From Bifidobacteriaceae bacterium (lineage in GTDB: Bacteria; Actinomycetota; Actinomycetes; Actinomycetales; WQXJ01): DNA of 40,716 nt. A program made the translations under genes and the position numbers. The notes beneath the pieces were generated by a model. The model saw nothing but the letters and a program-made list of their open reading frames with translations, did not search any database and was not told the origin of the DNA. Shown here in pieces: positions 40,212-40,716 of this stretch (position 1 is its first letter; each line of letters begins with the position of its first letter). The stretch is from NCBI GenBank assembly GCA_031255835.1, contig JAIRRT010000192.1, positions 1 to 40,716 on the forward strand, given 5' to 3'.

Positions 40212-40716
40212 GGTGCTTAACTGACCAATTGAGCCGCCTTGGTCGCCAATTGGTCACTTAAGCACATCCACCTCGACCGGCCTGAGCACAAAAGGGTGTG
40301 TGGACGGCCCGGTCAGAGGTGCTTAACTGACCAATTGAGCCGCCTGGCTCGTCAATTGGTCACTTAAGCACATCCACCTCGACGGGCCTGAGCACGACAG
40401 GGTGTGTGGGTGGCCTGGTCAGGGGTGCTTAACTGACCAGTTGAGCCGCCTTGGTCGCCAATTGGTCACTTAAGCACATCCACCCCGACCGGCCTGAGCA
40501 CGACAGGGTGTGCGGATGGCCCGGTCAGAGGTGCTTAACTGACCAATTGAGCCGCCTGGCTCGCCAATTGGTCACTTAAGCACATCCACCCCGACGGGCC
40601 TGAGCACGACAGGGGGTGTGGACGGCCTGGTCGGAGGTGCTTAACTGACCAATTGAGCCGTCTGGCTCGCCAATTGGTCACTTAAGCACATCCACCCCGA
40701 CGGGGTTGAGCACGAC
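40212..40716. repeat. Tandem array of at least 4.8 units of 106 bp, each with the imperfect palindrome of about 53 nt (right locus). The array is truncated by the window end.
   Basis: The landmark gcttaa recurs at 40215, 40321, 40427, 40533 and 40639, giving a period of exactly 106 bp. The units are about 85-95 percent identical to each other and to the left-locus units by eye. The window ends inside unit 5. Confidence 0.9.

Noticed and set aside
15548-40716. A genomic island or mobile element bounded by the two direct repeat elements.
   Set aside because: The intervening genes are core housekeeping genes (proC, uppP, mshC, metH, PAC2) with uniform high-GC composition. There is no integrase, transposase, conjugation or phage gene.

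Overview
This is a high-GC chromosomal window, most likely from an actinobacterium. The evidence is the mycothiol ligase mshC plus a PAC2, cobalamin-dependent metH, uppP and proC context. I saw no rRNA, tRNA, cas, integrase or transposase genes. From left to right the window contains five blocks.

(1) 1-4608 (-): a secreted metzincin-type zinc protease of more than 1536 aa, with a PPC-like domain and at least 10 BACON/Ig-like repeats. It is missing from the supplied ORF track because it runs off the left edge.

(2) A roughly 10.5-kb pair of divergent, translationally coupled operons (4902-9270 minus; about 9335-15411 plus) for amino-sugar or glycoconjugate synthesis.
- The minus operon couples a DegT aminotransferase, a Gfo/Idh/MocA sugar-dehydrogenase-like enzyme and a clear LpxA-family acyltransferase, followed by a DUF2142 membrane protein. 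This is the GnnB/GnnA/LpxA logic of diderm lipid A, seen here in a mycothiol-encoding genome.
- The plus operon encodes a UPF0104 flippase-like protein, a second DegT, an SDR epimerase/dehydratase, an LbH acetyltransferase, a GT4 and an L-2-hydroxyglutarate oxidase.

(3) Housekeeping genes: proC, an LMW-PTP, an S8 protease, a GNAT, an M20 peptidase, uppP, an AKR, mshC, PAC2, metH and a HAD hydrolase.

(4) A peptidoglycan-binding adaptor plus a MacB-like ABC exporter.

(5) A 1442-aa domain-permuted GH3 glycosidase with FIVAR repeats.

The most unexplained structure is a modular non-coding element present twice in the same orientation (15548-16130 and 39766-40716+). Each copy has a conserved head of about 276 bp followed by strictly 106-bp tandem units, and each unit carries an imperfect palindrome of about 53 nt.

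Many long ORFs in the supplied track are antisense shadows typical of high-GC DNA and were rejected.
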